NCBI GenBank assembly: GCA_965285935.1
Contig: OZ260661.1
Coordinates: 104,594,001-104,658,000, forward strand
Source of the DNA: Ophelia neglecta
Lineage: Eukaryota
Direction of reading: 5' to 3'
DNA: 64,000 bases
How positions within the stretch are numbered: position 1 is the stretch's first letter; each line of letters starts with the position of its first letter. The notes beneath the pieces are model-generated. The model made no database searches, was not told where the DNA came from, and worked only from the letters and a program-made list of their open reading frames with translations. The translations under genes were made by a program, and so were the position numbers. Shown piece by piece: positions 1-55,748 of the stretch.

Positions 1-447
1 TGAGTCAACAGCCATTGTAAAGCTTCATTATAAGGTTGTGCCTGAACCTGATTATTGTATGAATATAATTAAATTATCTGTATGGATTCAAATCAAGTTG
101 TACCCCACCAAAGTAGTAGCCTTTGTTGGAATTGAATTAATCAATGGTATGAGTTTTCAACACCGGGTCCACTTGCACCCACTTGTACCTTATGCCAATT
201 TGTCCAGTGCATTTGGTGAATTTGTGCCAGCATGTAAAACCTGACATTGAAGCAAACTATCAGCTAAATTGACTTGCAGTGACATTTTTGGGTAAACTGG
301 CGTATGGGCCAAAAGCCCCTCTGGGTCTGGAGTAATGGGCCTTTTGCCGTGTCATTCGGGCCTTAGTGTGAGTGCCAACGGCGCGAAGCCAAGCTAGGGG
401 GATCTTGGGGCATGAGGTTTTGGCTCATATTATTATATTGACCCCTG

Positions 448-654
448 CCATATTTTTTTTATGTAAGTGCATATTTTTATATCTAATAATATACCTCTAC
501 CCCCTCCCCCCTCCTTGAAGTCACAAATCCATGCCTTAAATTACCCTCTCCCATATTTTTTTATGTAAGTGCATATTTTTATATCTAATAATATACCTCT
601 ACCCCCTCCCCCCTCCTTGAAGTCACAAATCCATGCCTTAAATTACCCTCTCCC
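448..654. repeat. Near-perfect tandem duplication, about 103-bp unit x2
   Basis: ccatattttttt(t)atgtaagtgc...ttaccctctc occurs at 448 and 551; the copies differ only in T-run length. Confidence 0.92.
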
Positions 655-736
655 TTCTAGCACACCCTAGTTTGCATATTCCCAATGAACCCCCCACCTG
701 GTCACTAGCTCAAGCTTCTCCTTCCCTACCAGTAGG

Positions 737-1146
737 CAGGGTTGGGGGGAGTACAAGTACTCGGTACTTGTACTTGTGTTCAAGTACATGTACATTTTTT
801 CTATACTCGTACTCGTTCTTATGCTTGAAAATAGTGTATGTACTCGAGCACAAAGTACTCATATAATCATGAGTAGATTGTGAGTACATGTACTTGACAA
901 TTGTTATGCCTTCTTGTTAGTACTTGTACAATTTTCAGAATTTTTAAAGTACACTGTATATACATAGTTACCAATCTTCAGCTTTGTGTGCTTCACAAAC
1001 TGCTCCCAAGATGCTATATTAAATGCTACAGTTTAGAATGATATATTTCACAATACTTTATAACAGTGTTTTATAAATATATGGTTCACTGGCAAGTACT
1101 CGTACTCGTACTTGAGCACATAAGCCCTGTACTCGCCCCAACCCTG
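737..1146. mobile_element. Non-autonomous DNA transposon (MITE), hAT-like CAGGG termini
   Basis: TIR CAGGGTTGGGGGGAGTACAA versus the reverse complement of the right end CAGGGTTGGGGCGAGTACAG (18/20). Many subterminal GAGTAC/GTACTC/GTACTT motifs. No clean TSD. Confidence 0.8.
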
Positions 1147-1369
1147 TTCCCTAACCCCTGCCCACCACAAATCATAGTCTTAAACATTGGTCAGTAATAT
1201 GCTACTAAAACTGAAAGTTTTTCCAAAGGAAGGTCTCTTTGCACTTGAGTTATTTTATGAAACCTGTGTGTGCTAATTTTGGATCTCGATTATATATAAT
1301 AAAAAAAAAAGACATTTGAAGTCCTAGGCATCATGCAATTAAATGGCAATGATTAGTTGGAACTCAGAA

Positions 1370-1660
1370 ACAGTCTGTGACCCTGAAATAAAAGGCCAAG
1401 GTCGCCCACCTTTAAACTCCTCCAACGATTTGATAATGAGGGATAAATGATTTATGTTTTGTGGTGCTACCTTTAACAGATGACTCAAGTTTTTTTTGCT
1501 GCCTTTAATAACTGGTACATCATTGTGAGTACCACGATAACAATCTTTTTCATCTGTGACCTTGAAAAATAGGCTAAGATCACTTATCTCTAAATGATCC
1601 ATTGCCTAGATGTTATGACTAGCTGACATAATTTTGGTGGTTTTATCAGAAATTATTACA
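1370..1660. mobile_element. Degenerate Helentron/HINE-like internal repeat remnant
   Basis: Two copies about 179 bp apart (1374, 1553) of the TGTGACC(C/T)TGAAA...AGG...AAG(G/A)TC quasi-palindromic motif typical of molluscan Helentron-associated repeats (recalled, not searched). Confidence 0.45.
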
Positions 1661-1749
1661 TATGATTGTAATAACTGCGATTACAAGACTTTATTTTTCA
1701 GGTCTCATTTTCCAATTCAAGATTAGAGATGTTTAAATCTTTATTTTAG

Positions 1750-6560
<4,811 letters not shown>

Positions 6561-7577
6561 ATGGCTTCATGATTTAACCAAATGAATTTTATTTTGAAAC
6601 TAAAAATGCAATCATTGCTTTTTTCAACATTATGCACCTTAATGGTATATATTCTTGATAGAAATGCCACATCTTATTTTTTGTTTTTTTCTTGTTGATA
6701 TTCGGTGCATTTTAACCATACACAGAAACCAAATTAGTAACTGATGGCTTTAAATTTGCATATATATGTTATTCTCCAAGTGCGGGGGAATTGTTTGTGA
6801 CCATGGGCCAATGGTAGATGTGCACTGACTTATACAGTCGTTCCAGATGTAGGAACTTAACCTCAGAGGATCTTTGTTAATTTCTAGGTGCCGTACCTAT
6901 TTGATTTCTTCATTTATTGTATTGTTTGTTAGTATGTTGAATGTATGTTACAATTATAGACTATTGATTTTCTTTGGTGATACTTGGACCAGTGCGAAAT
7001 ACTAGTAAAAATCCTGTGTTTATTACCAGGAAACTTGCCTTATTTAACAAGATCTGCTTACATGTTTTTTTTTGTGCTAATATGAAATAATACAAACTTT
7101 AAAGCACATTTATAGGGTTAATATATTTAAGAATCCTCTTCATTCATTGGTAGCAATATAAATATTTTAGCATATCGAAATGTGCCATTATTATCACATT
7201 GTTGTCTTCATTAATTGATATATACCAAAATAATTTTGAACCCGATTTAATTGGACAAATAATCAGTTGTATCAAAACAGTGAAATGAAACTGCCGCAAA
7301 CTTTAGTATCATGCATCACTCAGCTTTTGCAGCAACTTGAAACTGCAAAATAAAATGGCAGTGACATTAATTCTTTAATAAATTTATATAATAATGTTTA
7401 CTGCTGGAATATATTTCATAGTTCACCCTCCTTTTATATACATTATATTAATGTTAATGCTGTGTATATATAGAAAACCAAAAGTAACTGAATATTGTTA
7501 TGCATTGCCAAGGATGTAACTAAATCCATGGTATTACTATTGTTTTGAATCATGGTATTATTTCTGATGTGAATTCT

Positions 7578-7828
7578 TGCGCTAAATCCCCAATTGGATT
7601 GAAAGAAGGAAGTGATTTTTCCATGTAGACCATAACTTATGAAAATAAAAAAAATAGCAGTGATTATTAGTTTTTCTTGTGGTTTTGTAGGCTATATTAT
7701 GATGCGCTAAATCCCCAATTGGATTGAAAGAAGGAAGTGATTTTTCCATGTAGACCATAACTTATGAAAATAAAAAAAATAGCAGTGATTATTAGTTTTT
7801 CTTGTGGTTTTGTAGGCTATATTATGAT
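7578..7828. repeat. Perfect tandem duplication, 125-bp unit x2, in the putative MAPKAPK2 3' UTR
   Basis: tgcgctaaatccccaattgg...gctatattatga occurs at 7578 and 7703. Confidence 0.95.
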
Positions 7829-7939
7829 ATAAGAGTAAATTATATCACTTAATTATACAAGGCAAGTTGAGAGGGCTGTTTTCAACCTAACCTTGTGTCG
7901 GGGGAGTGATTCATCAGACCTTCGCCTCATCTTTCCAAG

Positions 7940-8005
7940 AGACTCCCTGTCCCGATATGACCTCTCAAGTGTTGAAAGGGACGTTAAAACCCATACATTT
8001 AACAT
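7940..8005 (+). mobile_element. 5'-truncated SINE 3' tail
   Basis: cccgatatgacc...gtgttgaaagggacgttaaaaccc resembles the LINE-derived tail of invertebrate SINEs and the end of the SINE at 34202-34475 (attgaaagctaagttaaacccc). Confidence 0.45.
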
Positions 8006-8681
8006 TTAATTTACAGGGCAAGTGGAAATAAGCATTCAAATATTAGTAAACCAGTGTCTATGTGCATACAGATAGCCTTTAATGAATTGAAAAAAGTCCC
8101 AACACCATATTGAGGGAATCCCAATTCCTTACACTTGGATTGTTTCATAGGTTAGTTTCATAGGCTAGGAACCCTTGACACTGTTCAGTAAACACAAAGG
8201 TAATGAAGTTCAATGAATCAAATCCTGCCAAAATTTGTCACTTCCCACTTCCCTTTTGCTCCCCCCCCCCCCCCCCCCCAGCTGACGAATAAAGAATGCT
8301 CTCTCAGTTAACAGGTTAAGTCTTGCTGTGGTTAACGAGAAAACCCTTCTAAAGTGGCAGTAAAGTCAGCAGTAAATGAGTTAATGTTAATTTAATCAGA
8401 GACTCCCTGTTATAGATCTAGATAATAATTTAAGTTTTATGCAATAATATGATGGTCTTCCTGATATGTGTATTCTCTGTGGTCTAGACACTTGTGTTAG
8501 TTGTGTTTTTTAAGCAAACTGCTCTTTTTGATCCTTGTTTGTCGAGAAAATCACGTACCTTTTTTAGCCTTGTTTCACAACACAGCTCATTTTTACCTTC
8601 ATTTTCAGCATATCCAGGTTTTTTTTTTACACTTTTTTTCTTTATAAGGTCCTATAGGCCTATCCATGTTGCAAAAAATAC

Positions 8682-8687
8682 AATAAA
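8682..8687 (+). terminator. Candidate polyadenylation signal of MAPKAPK2 (3' UTR about 2.1 kb)
   Basis: AATAAA followed by GT-rich sequence at the end of a long AT-rich tract downstream of the stop. Earlier AATAAA hexamers also exist, so the site is not unique. Confidence 0.4.
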
Positions 8688-9498
8688 AGTTGTCTGTGCG
8701 ATAGATTTGGGTTATTTGGAGTTTAATAAGGGGTGGTTAAAATGGAAGGTTTGCATTAAGTCCAGTCAAGTGGAGGAAAAAATCCCCATAAACAAAAATA
8801 ATCAGTAATTGCCGAAAATGCAGGGGATTTTACTAACGTTATGTCGCGGGAGAAAACTAAATAGGGGGGTCCCCCGGCGGTGACCACTGTCTTTGCATGC
8901 CTGACTCCAGGGAAAGTACCCCTCTCCCGGCCCCTCTCTGCCCATGTCCTGGGAGGAAAATATGGGCTAGAACATAAACAGCTATATCAAAATATTCATA
9001 GAGTATTCTTTTTTACTTTATTCAAAATAAGTGTAATTACGTTGTTTTTTATCGGCGAGTTTTGGCAGAAACTGTTAGCTGGTGGGAGCCGAGACTTGCT
9101 GCTTCGTGTAGCTTTTAGCTGTTTAGCGCACGTGGATTTGTTAAATCTCTTACGCGTCATCGCATGCATGTGACATGTGCAAGTGCTCGTTGCTTAGTAA
9201 GACCGCATCACTTAATATTTTCTTTCACTATTTATTTCAGTGAACAATCAGTACCTTTTGTGAAAATTTTTTTGCTAGGTAAATTTGTCTATAATCAAAT
9301 GTATAAAAATGACAAAAAGAGCATTCAGTCTTCCGACTTAATCAAATGAAAGAGCGAACTATGTTTTCTCAGTGGGCCAAGTTTTGTTTACGTTTCAGCA
9401 GTAAAAGGGCGATTGCGATGGCAGTTGCTCGACACGGACCCGTGTGAAATAAATGAAGATACACTTATTTGGCATTGAGTAAAGACAAGACTGTCACG

Positions 9499-49182
<39,684 letters not shown>

Positions 49183-49484
49183 AACAAAACTAACAATGCT
49201 ATGAAGTGGATCGGACATGGAACCCTTGCAAGCAGTTATCTAAAATGAATGTTTGCACAATTGTGACCATTTTAAAAATGAAACCGATTATCAATAGATC
49301 TTACAGTTTATAACAGAAGAATAGAACTCTTATGTCTAGTTGCACTGTCAGATTTTGGCTTGTCCTTCCCTTGAACAAAAAAAATTGCTGTTTGAATTTC
49401 AACAAAAGTAACTGTACCTTTGTCTGTGATATAAGTTATTAAATTGATACATACAATAATGTTTACAACTATTATAATTTATCA

Positions 49485-49490
49485 AATAAA
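49485..49490 (+). terminator. Candidate polyadenylation signal of CFAP46
   Basis: AATAAA about 300 nt after the stop, followed by T/GT-rich sequence. Confidence 0.55.
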
Positions 49491-52280
49491 GATGATTTCA
49501 CACATAAATTTTCTTTGCTTTGTTTTAAATGGCAGATGAGAAAGTGTCAAATTTTTCTAAGCACCCTGAATATATTTTTACCATGAGCAAATTTGCTGCA
49601 GTGCCCAAGCCACTCTGAAATACAGCAAAGAATTTCTTATTTATGCTGTATAAGAACTAGTTGGTAACCATGCCTATATTAATCAGTCAGGAGAAATCAA
49701 AAGGTAAGAATAATGATGGTGTCGCCAACTTCGATGGCGAGGGCTATTTCCTGGATCAGCCTTTCATTTAACTGCCATTTAGAAGTTTTTAACTTGAATT
49801 CATGATTTAATTCCCTGAAATTGCTATATTTGTTCTGTTTTCAGATATAAAAATTTCATTTATTATGAACTCCATGGGAATCTTCTTTTAAATTTCCTGT
49901 AAGTGTGGGATTTACTGTTTCATATTTATACGGATGTGTGTAACATGAAAATTCCATATTTTAAATGTCAACTGTATGGGTTTAAAAGTTGAATTTGGTG
50001 CATTTTCCTGCAGCAAGACATCTCGTACCAGATTTTTTCTTATTCATTAGTAAATAGAAACTTAATGATCATATAGAACTCAAGAGTGCCAAAAAATCTG
50101 GCAGGACCGATAATACTAGCCAGAAAAACTCAGCAACCCAGCAAAAACTCATTGTGGTCCCATTAGGTTCTGAATCCAAACACATTAATGTAAGTCTCAT
50201 TTAAGAAGTTAGACCCATGTATTATGTATATAAATGTGAGCAAAAAATGGGCCATTCAAGATCATATGCTGTGATGAAAGCATCCATATATAATTTGGAA
50301 ACAAAATGTGCATGAATCTGGCCACAATTTTAGTATTTATTTATGTATCCTTTCAATAAAAGCAGGCTTTGTTGAAAGAATTTCCTGCCATTCCTTGGAA
50401 ATAATTTGGACAACACACCCATTCATGGAGAAAGAACTCAAAATTGGACCCTATGCATGTAAGTTCATTCTCCAAAACTCCCTGAATGAAATTGGCCCAT
50501 GCAATATGCCCAACACGGTCTAAATACCACTACCAGCTTGAACCCCCTCCCCAGACATGTTAATTCCTGTATTTTCTGTTTCGCACCTGTATTTATTAAG
50601 TCCAGATATGACTTACTTGGGTACTAGTAGGTAACATTAGCTTACTATTTTGGAAGTAAGGTCTTGCCAGTACTTTAGAATTCTTCCATAGCCTGGAACC
50701 TTAGGTATCATGTAGAAAATTGCTTGAAGGAAAGGCCTAATGACCATAGCAAATACAGCGAGCTTACCAGGAAGTGGCAAAAATATGTCACGGTTTTGTT
50801 TACTACCGTTTGTTAACAAGTTCTTGCTATTTGGGGCTTATATAGAACATTAATCTAGAATTGGCAGCCTCCCCTTATAAACATTATAAATTTTAGGCTA
50901 TGGGTTGGGCAGTTGCAGTTTTGCATTAAGGAAAGGCTATTTCAATTTATTTTAATTAAGGGCACAGTGTAAACAATGTTTTCTTAGATGACCAACCAGA
51001 CTAGCAATGTTCTTGCTTTTAAATCCTGAAGCAATTTAATTAGTGGCTTTTCACATTTGAGTAACATTTCACCTAAATTTAAATGCTTTTAATATTAGAA
51101 CCTAGTACTAGTGCCAGTTTATATAATGTGAACTTGGTATTAAAGAATTTTTACTGATACTTTAATACAACTGTTGATCACAACTACTGACGTTTTTTTT
51201 AGTTATGCAACATCACACATATTGTAATTGATTTATATTGAGTAGATACTTCAGTGCCTAATAAAGTCACTTAAATATAATACCAACTTAGGTACATTAA
51301 AGGAATAGATGGAAGGACACTGGTGGATTTTTAGGCTCTGGTTTTATTCTTCTGCATCAGATACAGGCAACTACTAGAAGGGTGTAAAAGAGAAATATCT
51401 GTGACGACTATCTGCTACATAGTTTTCAACGAGAAATGGTAAAAATAATTTTGTGCATTATAATACCCACAAAACAACCCCATGGCAGAGATATACAAAT
51501 AAAGTCAAAGAAGGTATACTAACAAGCTGGTAATTATTATGAATATTAAAAATAAGTAACACAAATATTTTCAATTTTACAGCTTAAATACTTATAGTAT
51601 ATCATTATCTAGTACAAATATAATATCTATCTTTTTAATTATATTGTAACACACTTTAAAGCTTGATTCTCATTTTATGCGACTTCTATACAGTTGAAGA
51701 AAGTGCAACATAACACACTATTTGAAGTAAATTTGCCATACACAGTCTTGATTCAGTCCTAACTCGTAATGATTTTCATTCCCAATATAAACTAAACTAA
51801 CTATTTGCCATAATATTGATCCTGTATAAGTAGTTACATTACATTCAAATATTTCTGTATAACATTAATAAGATTCACAGAAACAATTCTTACTTACATA
51901 TCAGTACATATCCGATTTAAATTGAATCTATGATGCATTTGTGCATGAATATTCAGTAAATTAATAGAACTCTTTTTCAAATGATAAACTGTACATGATC
52001 ATAAACTTAGATTAAAGTACAGATTCATCATACTCAGTTGATATTTAGCTTTAAGAGCAAAACTAGCTTTACTTTAATTTGTGGAAGACACAGTTATTCA
52101 AAACCACCTTAGAAGCAATCACTAAAACATTTGACTCTTCAACATTACTTTTCATGAATTCAATTTTTGGAATTTTATGCATTACCAGCATCTCTTAAAA
52201 CCAGTTAGACAGTGCACTAGTGTCCAATTATATTTTCAAATTACTGCATATAGTTGCTTCTAGCATAGCTTCTAGCTAGC

Positions 52281-55200
52281 TCAGGATGTCACCAGATCAG
52301 GTTTGTTGCCTGGGGTAGGCTCAGTAGGTTCTTTTCCATGACAGTTTTGTTGTGAATGTCTTTCCAGTGTAAAGCGATGGGCAAACTTTTTGCCACATTT
52401 TTCACATTCATAATCTTTGATACCTTCATGTTGTATTTTGATGTGTGTGGCCAGGCTTGCCTGTTTGTTAAATCCACGATGACAAAGGTCACATTTAAAG
52501 GCCATGCCTTGGGGGTGTTTTTCAGCCATGTGCTCCTTCAGGCTGTGTTTACTACTCAGGGGTTCACCACACTCCTGGCATTCCAGGGCTAACTGACTAT
52601 GCTGATGACGAACATGGTACTTCATGTTGTCTTTTCTGGTGAAGCGCACGTCGCATTCTGGACATTTAAAACGGGCAAATAAAAGTGCACCTTTGCCACC
52701 AACATGCATTTTGCAATGGCGTTTGTAATTGTCCTCAAATAAGAAGGTCTTTTTGCAGACCTCGCATATAAAGCGTGGTCTGTTGGCCAAACTAGGAGGG
52801 AGTATAGTGCAGCCATTTTCAATACTAGCAGATGTAGAAACAATATCTGATTGAACATGATCAGTTCCTGTAATGCATTCACTATCATTAGCATGGGCAC
52901 GTTTTCCTTTTTGTGCAGTCTTCTGTCCTCTGTGTCCCTTGACTTTTCGGCCATCGTGGAAGCCATGTTTTCTGACTCGATGCCATCTCAAAGCCCCAGG
53001 ACTACCAAGCACTCTAAAGCAGACCTTACACATGTACTGTCTGATTCTTGGGTGAGTAGGTCTTGGTGTTGTGAGAGAGTCAGTGCTGACACTGGATTCC
53101 TCGCGATGGCTCTTGACTTTGTGCCAGTGAAGCTGTACTGTATTGTTAAACACTTTGTGGCACACAGTGCATGTGCAGTCTGTGGTCAAAGTGGAGTCAG
53201 ACAACAGAGGATTTCCTTCCTTTCTTGATGATCTCGGAACCAGCTTTGTTTCTGAATCATCAGCAGTTTCCTTCAGCTTGCTAGGGTTACCATCAGGAGC
53301 TGCATCAATAGTTGTTACCTCTTCTGTTGTGGATTTCCAGCCAATTTTTTTACTTGGAACATCTTCCACCTTGGGAGGAATGGGACCATTTTCTTCATAG
53401 CTAAAATTTAAATCCACAGTTTTATCATCATCAGATGATAAAGCCTGATCACTGTTATCATTTGCCTCATTCAGGCTCCTAGTGATATTGTCTATTGGTA
53501 CCAAGGTGACTGAAAGTTCTTTGGTTTCGACATCTTCATCGTCCTTTTCAGCATTTGGCACATTTAGATTTTCACTAGTCTGTCTAGTAATGGGACTGCC
53601 AGGCGCTTGGGGAACATCTCTTATCTGGTTGTCATCAACTAAGTTTTTTGTTTCTTGTTCTTCTTCCAAATCAGTATTTTTTGAAATTTCATCACTTACT
53701 GGTAATTTTTCAGGAGTAAGCATCTCAGTGGTGTCATGTTCCCTCACTTTATGCCACCTCAGCTGTGCTGGGGACCTGAATACACGGAAACAGATCTTGC
53801 AGTGGAAATATTTACTTCTCATTCGACTGACAACCGGTTTGACCTTAGGCCCTATTATTTTCTTTCTGGGCCTTGCTTTGTTTTTCTGCTGGTGGTTAAA
53901 CTTCATGTGCAGCACCAACCGAGACTGTGCCTGGAATGTCTCAGTACAATGTTCACAGTGGTACTTGGCAGCATTATTGTCACTGGTTTCTGGCCCACAT
54001 ACTGAGTTTTCTTCATAAGCATTGTTGTCAAAAGGTGTTTTAGTCACTTCTAAGTTAGGGACAGCCTTTTTCCTACTGTTGATGGGTACATAAGTGTACT
54101 CTCTTTTCTTGACAGCCTCAATTCCATGAACTAGTTTCTTGTGTTTCATTAAATATGCAGGGGCATGAAATACCTGCTTGCAGATTTTGCATGAATAACC
54201 TCCCACAATGTGCTCAGTGGATTTATGATAGTATAATAAAGCCATGGTGTCAAATGAATCTGTACAGTATTTACACTTGAACCGTCTCTTTTTACCATAC
54301 AGGGATGAGTCATCAGGGTCTAAGTCTAGTCTGGCTGCTTGCCCAAGACCAGGACCTTCTAAGTCAAGTTCATATTTCTGAAGATGTTCATCAACTGACT
54401 CTTGTTCAGTATTACAGAATGTTTTCAATGTGACTGGCATTCTGAAGGATGCTGACTGAATGCCTCTGCCCCTGCCCCGAGTATGCCCTGAAATCCTTCC
54501 CAGAGACACCCCCCTCCCTCTTCCTCTTCCTATAGATACTCCTCTCCCTGTTCCTGAAATAATGCGTCGACCTCGCGCTCGACCCTTACGTCTGCCCTTG
54601 CTTCTCTTCCTTCCTTTTCCCCTACCATAGGTGGTGGGGATTCTTTCTAAAGGAGGAGGTCCTGTGTTGGTAGCGGACTGTATGACATCTGTTTCTTGAT
54701 TGTGAGCTTCCATATCCATAGTTTGGTCGAAGTTTAGAAAGGGACCTGCCCTGCTGCCCTGAATGGGAGACATGCTGTGGTCAGATGAGTGACTACTACT
54801 TCGCTGTCTTTTCTTACCTGACCCACGTGGCCTCCCCCTTCCTCTCCCCCTCTTAGGACTTTCCTCAGGAGGCGGTGGGGATGGTGTCAATGCTCGTTTC
54901 TTTGGACTAGTAGACTTGCGGCTGGTTTGCTTTTTTCGATTACGAGGTGGATATGGTATCTCACCAAATGGGAACTGTGGGTTGGGTCCTCCTTGTATAA
55001 TACTGGTTACATTTTGAATCTTCAGATTGAGGAGAGGCTCAAGAGGTGGCATCTCCTTTGGTGGAGGTGCAAGGTCATTCTGATGTGACAAAACAGCCTC
55101 ACTAGGGCTCACTTCTATGTAGCTATTTGGTGGTTCCTTCTTGACAAAATGCTGGAGTGATTCAAGCTGAACTGCAGAGGAGTTCTGAGAACCAAGCTGA

Positions 55201-55748
55201 TTACAAGAAGAAGCAACAAAAGATTGGGGCAAGTTGGAATGAATGACATGCGACTGATTTTCAGTATTGTTATCAGATAATGATGACCGTGCAGGAAATG
55301 AAAAGTTGATTGCTTGATTTATATCTGAATTCAATGTTCCAGGAGTGGAGCTAGCACTCTGCCTACTTGTCTTAGAACTCCCATAGTCACTGTCAGATAC
55401 ACCCAGCTGTTCACTGATGGCTTTCAATAAGGCTGGAATCCTCAGTTTGCGAGCCACAGACAAAACCTCACTACCAGCAAGATGTTCCACCTTCCCGGTG
55501 TAAATAAATTCCACTATTGACTGCCATATTTGGCCAGATACTGATCCGATTTTGATCTTACAGCAACCTTCTTCTGACCAAACTAGGGTATCTTTAAAGT
55601 ATGGGCTGACAGCTGCCAACACGATTGAGTGACACTGAATTCCTTGTCCATCACTCCCTTCCAGGATGACATCACACATATCCCCATTCTGTCTCAGGGC
55701 AGCCAAAGACTGGCACAGCTGTTCAGACCAATTTGGCACAACAACCAT
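52281..55748 (-). CDS. BTB/POZ + AT-hook + C2H2 zinc-finger protein (ZBTB family), 1155 aa, single coding exon
   Basis: Uninterrupted ORF with a Kozak-like context (ACAGCCATGG). N-terminal BTB (CDVIL...CHSIVLAAVSPYF...IVEFIYTG), AT-hook RGRPRG, RG-rich tract, 10 C2H2 fingers and a terminal C2HC finger. A splice acceptor (ttttaatccccag, minus strand, exon starting at 55773) lies 25 nt upstream of the ATG, so upstream exon(s) exist. The frame is open to the acceptor, so a short N-terminal extension is possible. Confidence 0.93.
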   Translation of the reverse strand: MVVVPNWSEQLCQSLAALRQNGDMCDVILEGSDGQGIQCHSIVLAAVSPYFKDTLVWSEEGCCKIKIGSVSGQIWQSIVEFIYTGKVEHLAGSEVLSVARKLRIPALLKAISEQLGVSDSDYGSSKTSRQSASSTPGTLNSDINQAINFSFPARSSLSDNNTENQSHVIHSNLPQSFVASSCNQLGSQNSSAVQLESLQHFVKKEPPNSYIEVSPSEAVLSHQNDLAPPPKEMPPLEPLLNLKIQNVTSIIQGGPNPQFPFGEIPYPPRNRKKQTSRKSTSPKKRALTPSPPPPEESPKRGRGRGRPRGSGKKRQRSSSHSSDHSMSPIQGSRAGPFLNFDQTMDMEAHNQETDVIQSATNTGPPPLERIPTTYGRGKGRKRSKGRRKGRARGRRIISGTGRGVSIGRGRGRGVSLGRISGHTRGRGRGIQSASFRMPVTLKTFCNTEQESVDEHLQKYELDLEGPGLGQAARLDLDPDDSSLYGKKRRFKCKYCTDSFDTMALLYYHKSTEHIVGGYSCKICKQVFHAPAYLMKHKKLVHGIEAVKKREYTYVPINSRKKAVPNLEVTKTPFDNNAYEENSVCGPETSDNNAAKYHCEHCTETFQAQSRLVLHMKFNHQQKNKARPRKKIIGPKVKPVVSRMRSKYFHCKICFRVFRSPAQLRWHKVREHDTTEMLTPEKLPVSDEISKNTDLEEEQETKNLVDDNQIRDVPQAPGSPITRQTSENLNVPNAEKDDEDVETKELSVTLVPIDNITRSLNEANDNSDQALSSDDDKTVDLNFSYEENGPIPPKVEDVPSKKIGWKSTTEEVTTIDAAPDGNPSKLKETADDSETKLVPRSSRKEGNPLLSDSTLTTDCTCTVCHKVFNNTVQLHWHKVKSHREESSVSTDSLTTPRPTHPRIRQYMCKVCFRVLGSPGALRWHRVRKHGFHDGRKVKGHRGQKTAQKGKRAHANDSECITGTDHVQSDIVSTSASIENGCTILPPSLANRPRFICEVCKKTFLFEDNYKRHCKMHVGGKGALLFARFKCPECDVRFTRKDNMKYHVRHQHSQLALECQECGEPLSSKHSLKEHMAEKHPQGMAFKCDLCHRGFNKQASLATHIKIQHEGIKDYECEKCGKKFAHRFTLERHSQQNCHGKEPTEPTPGNKPDLVTS

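Noticed and set aside
9410-9435. RFX X-box upstream of the ciliary gene CFAP46 (attgcgatggcagt / gttgctcgacac)
   Set aside because: About four mismatches to GTTGCCATGGCAAC, too weak to call without a PWM scan or conservation.
52289-54018. Overlapping alternative-frame and antisense ORFs (e.g. 53482-54018 +)
   Set aside because: They are shadows of the long ZBTB coding exon with no independent features.
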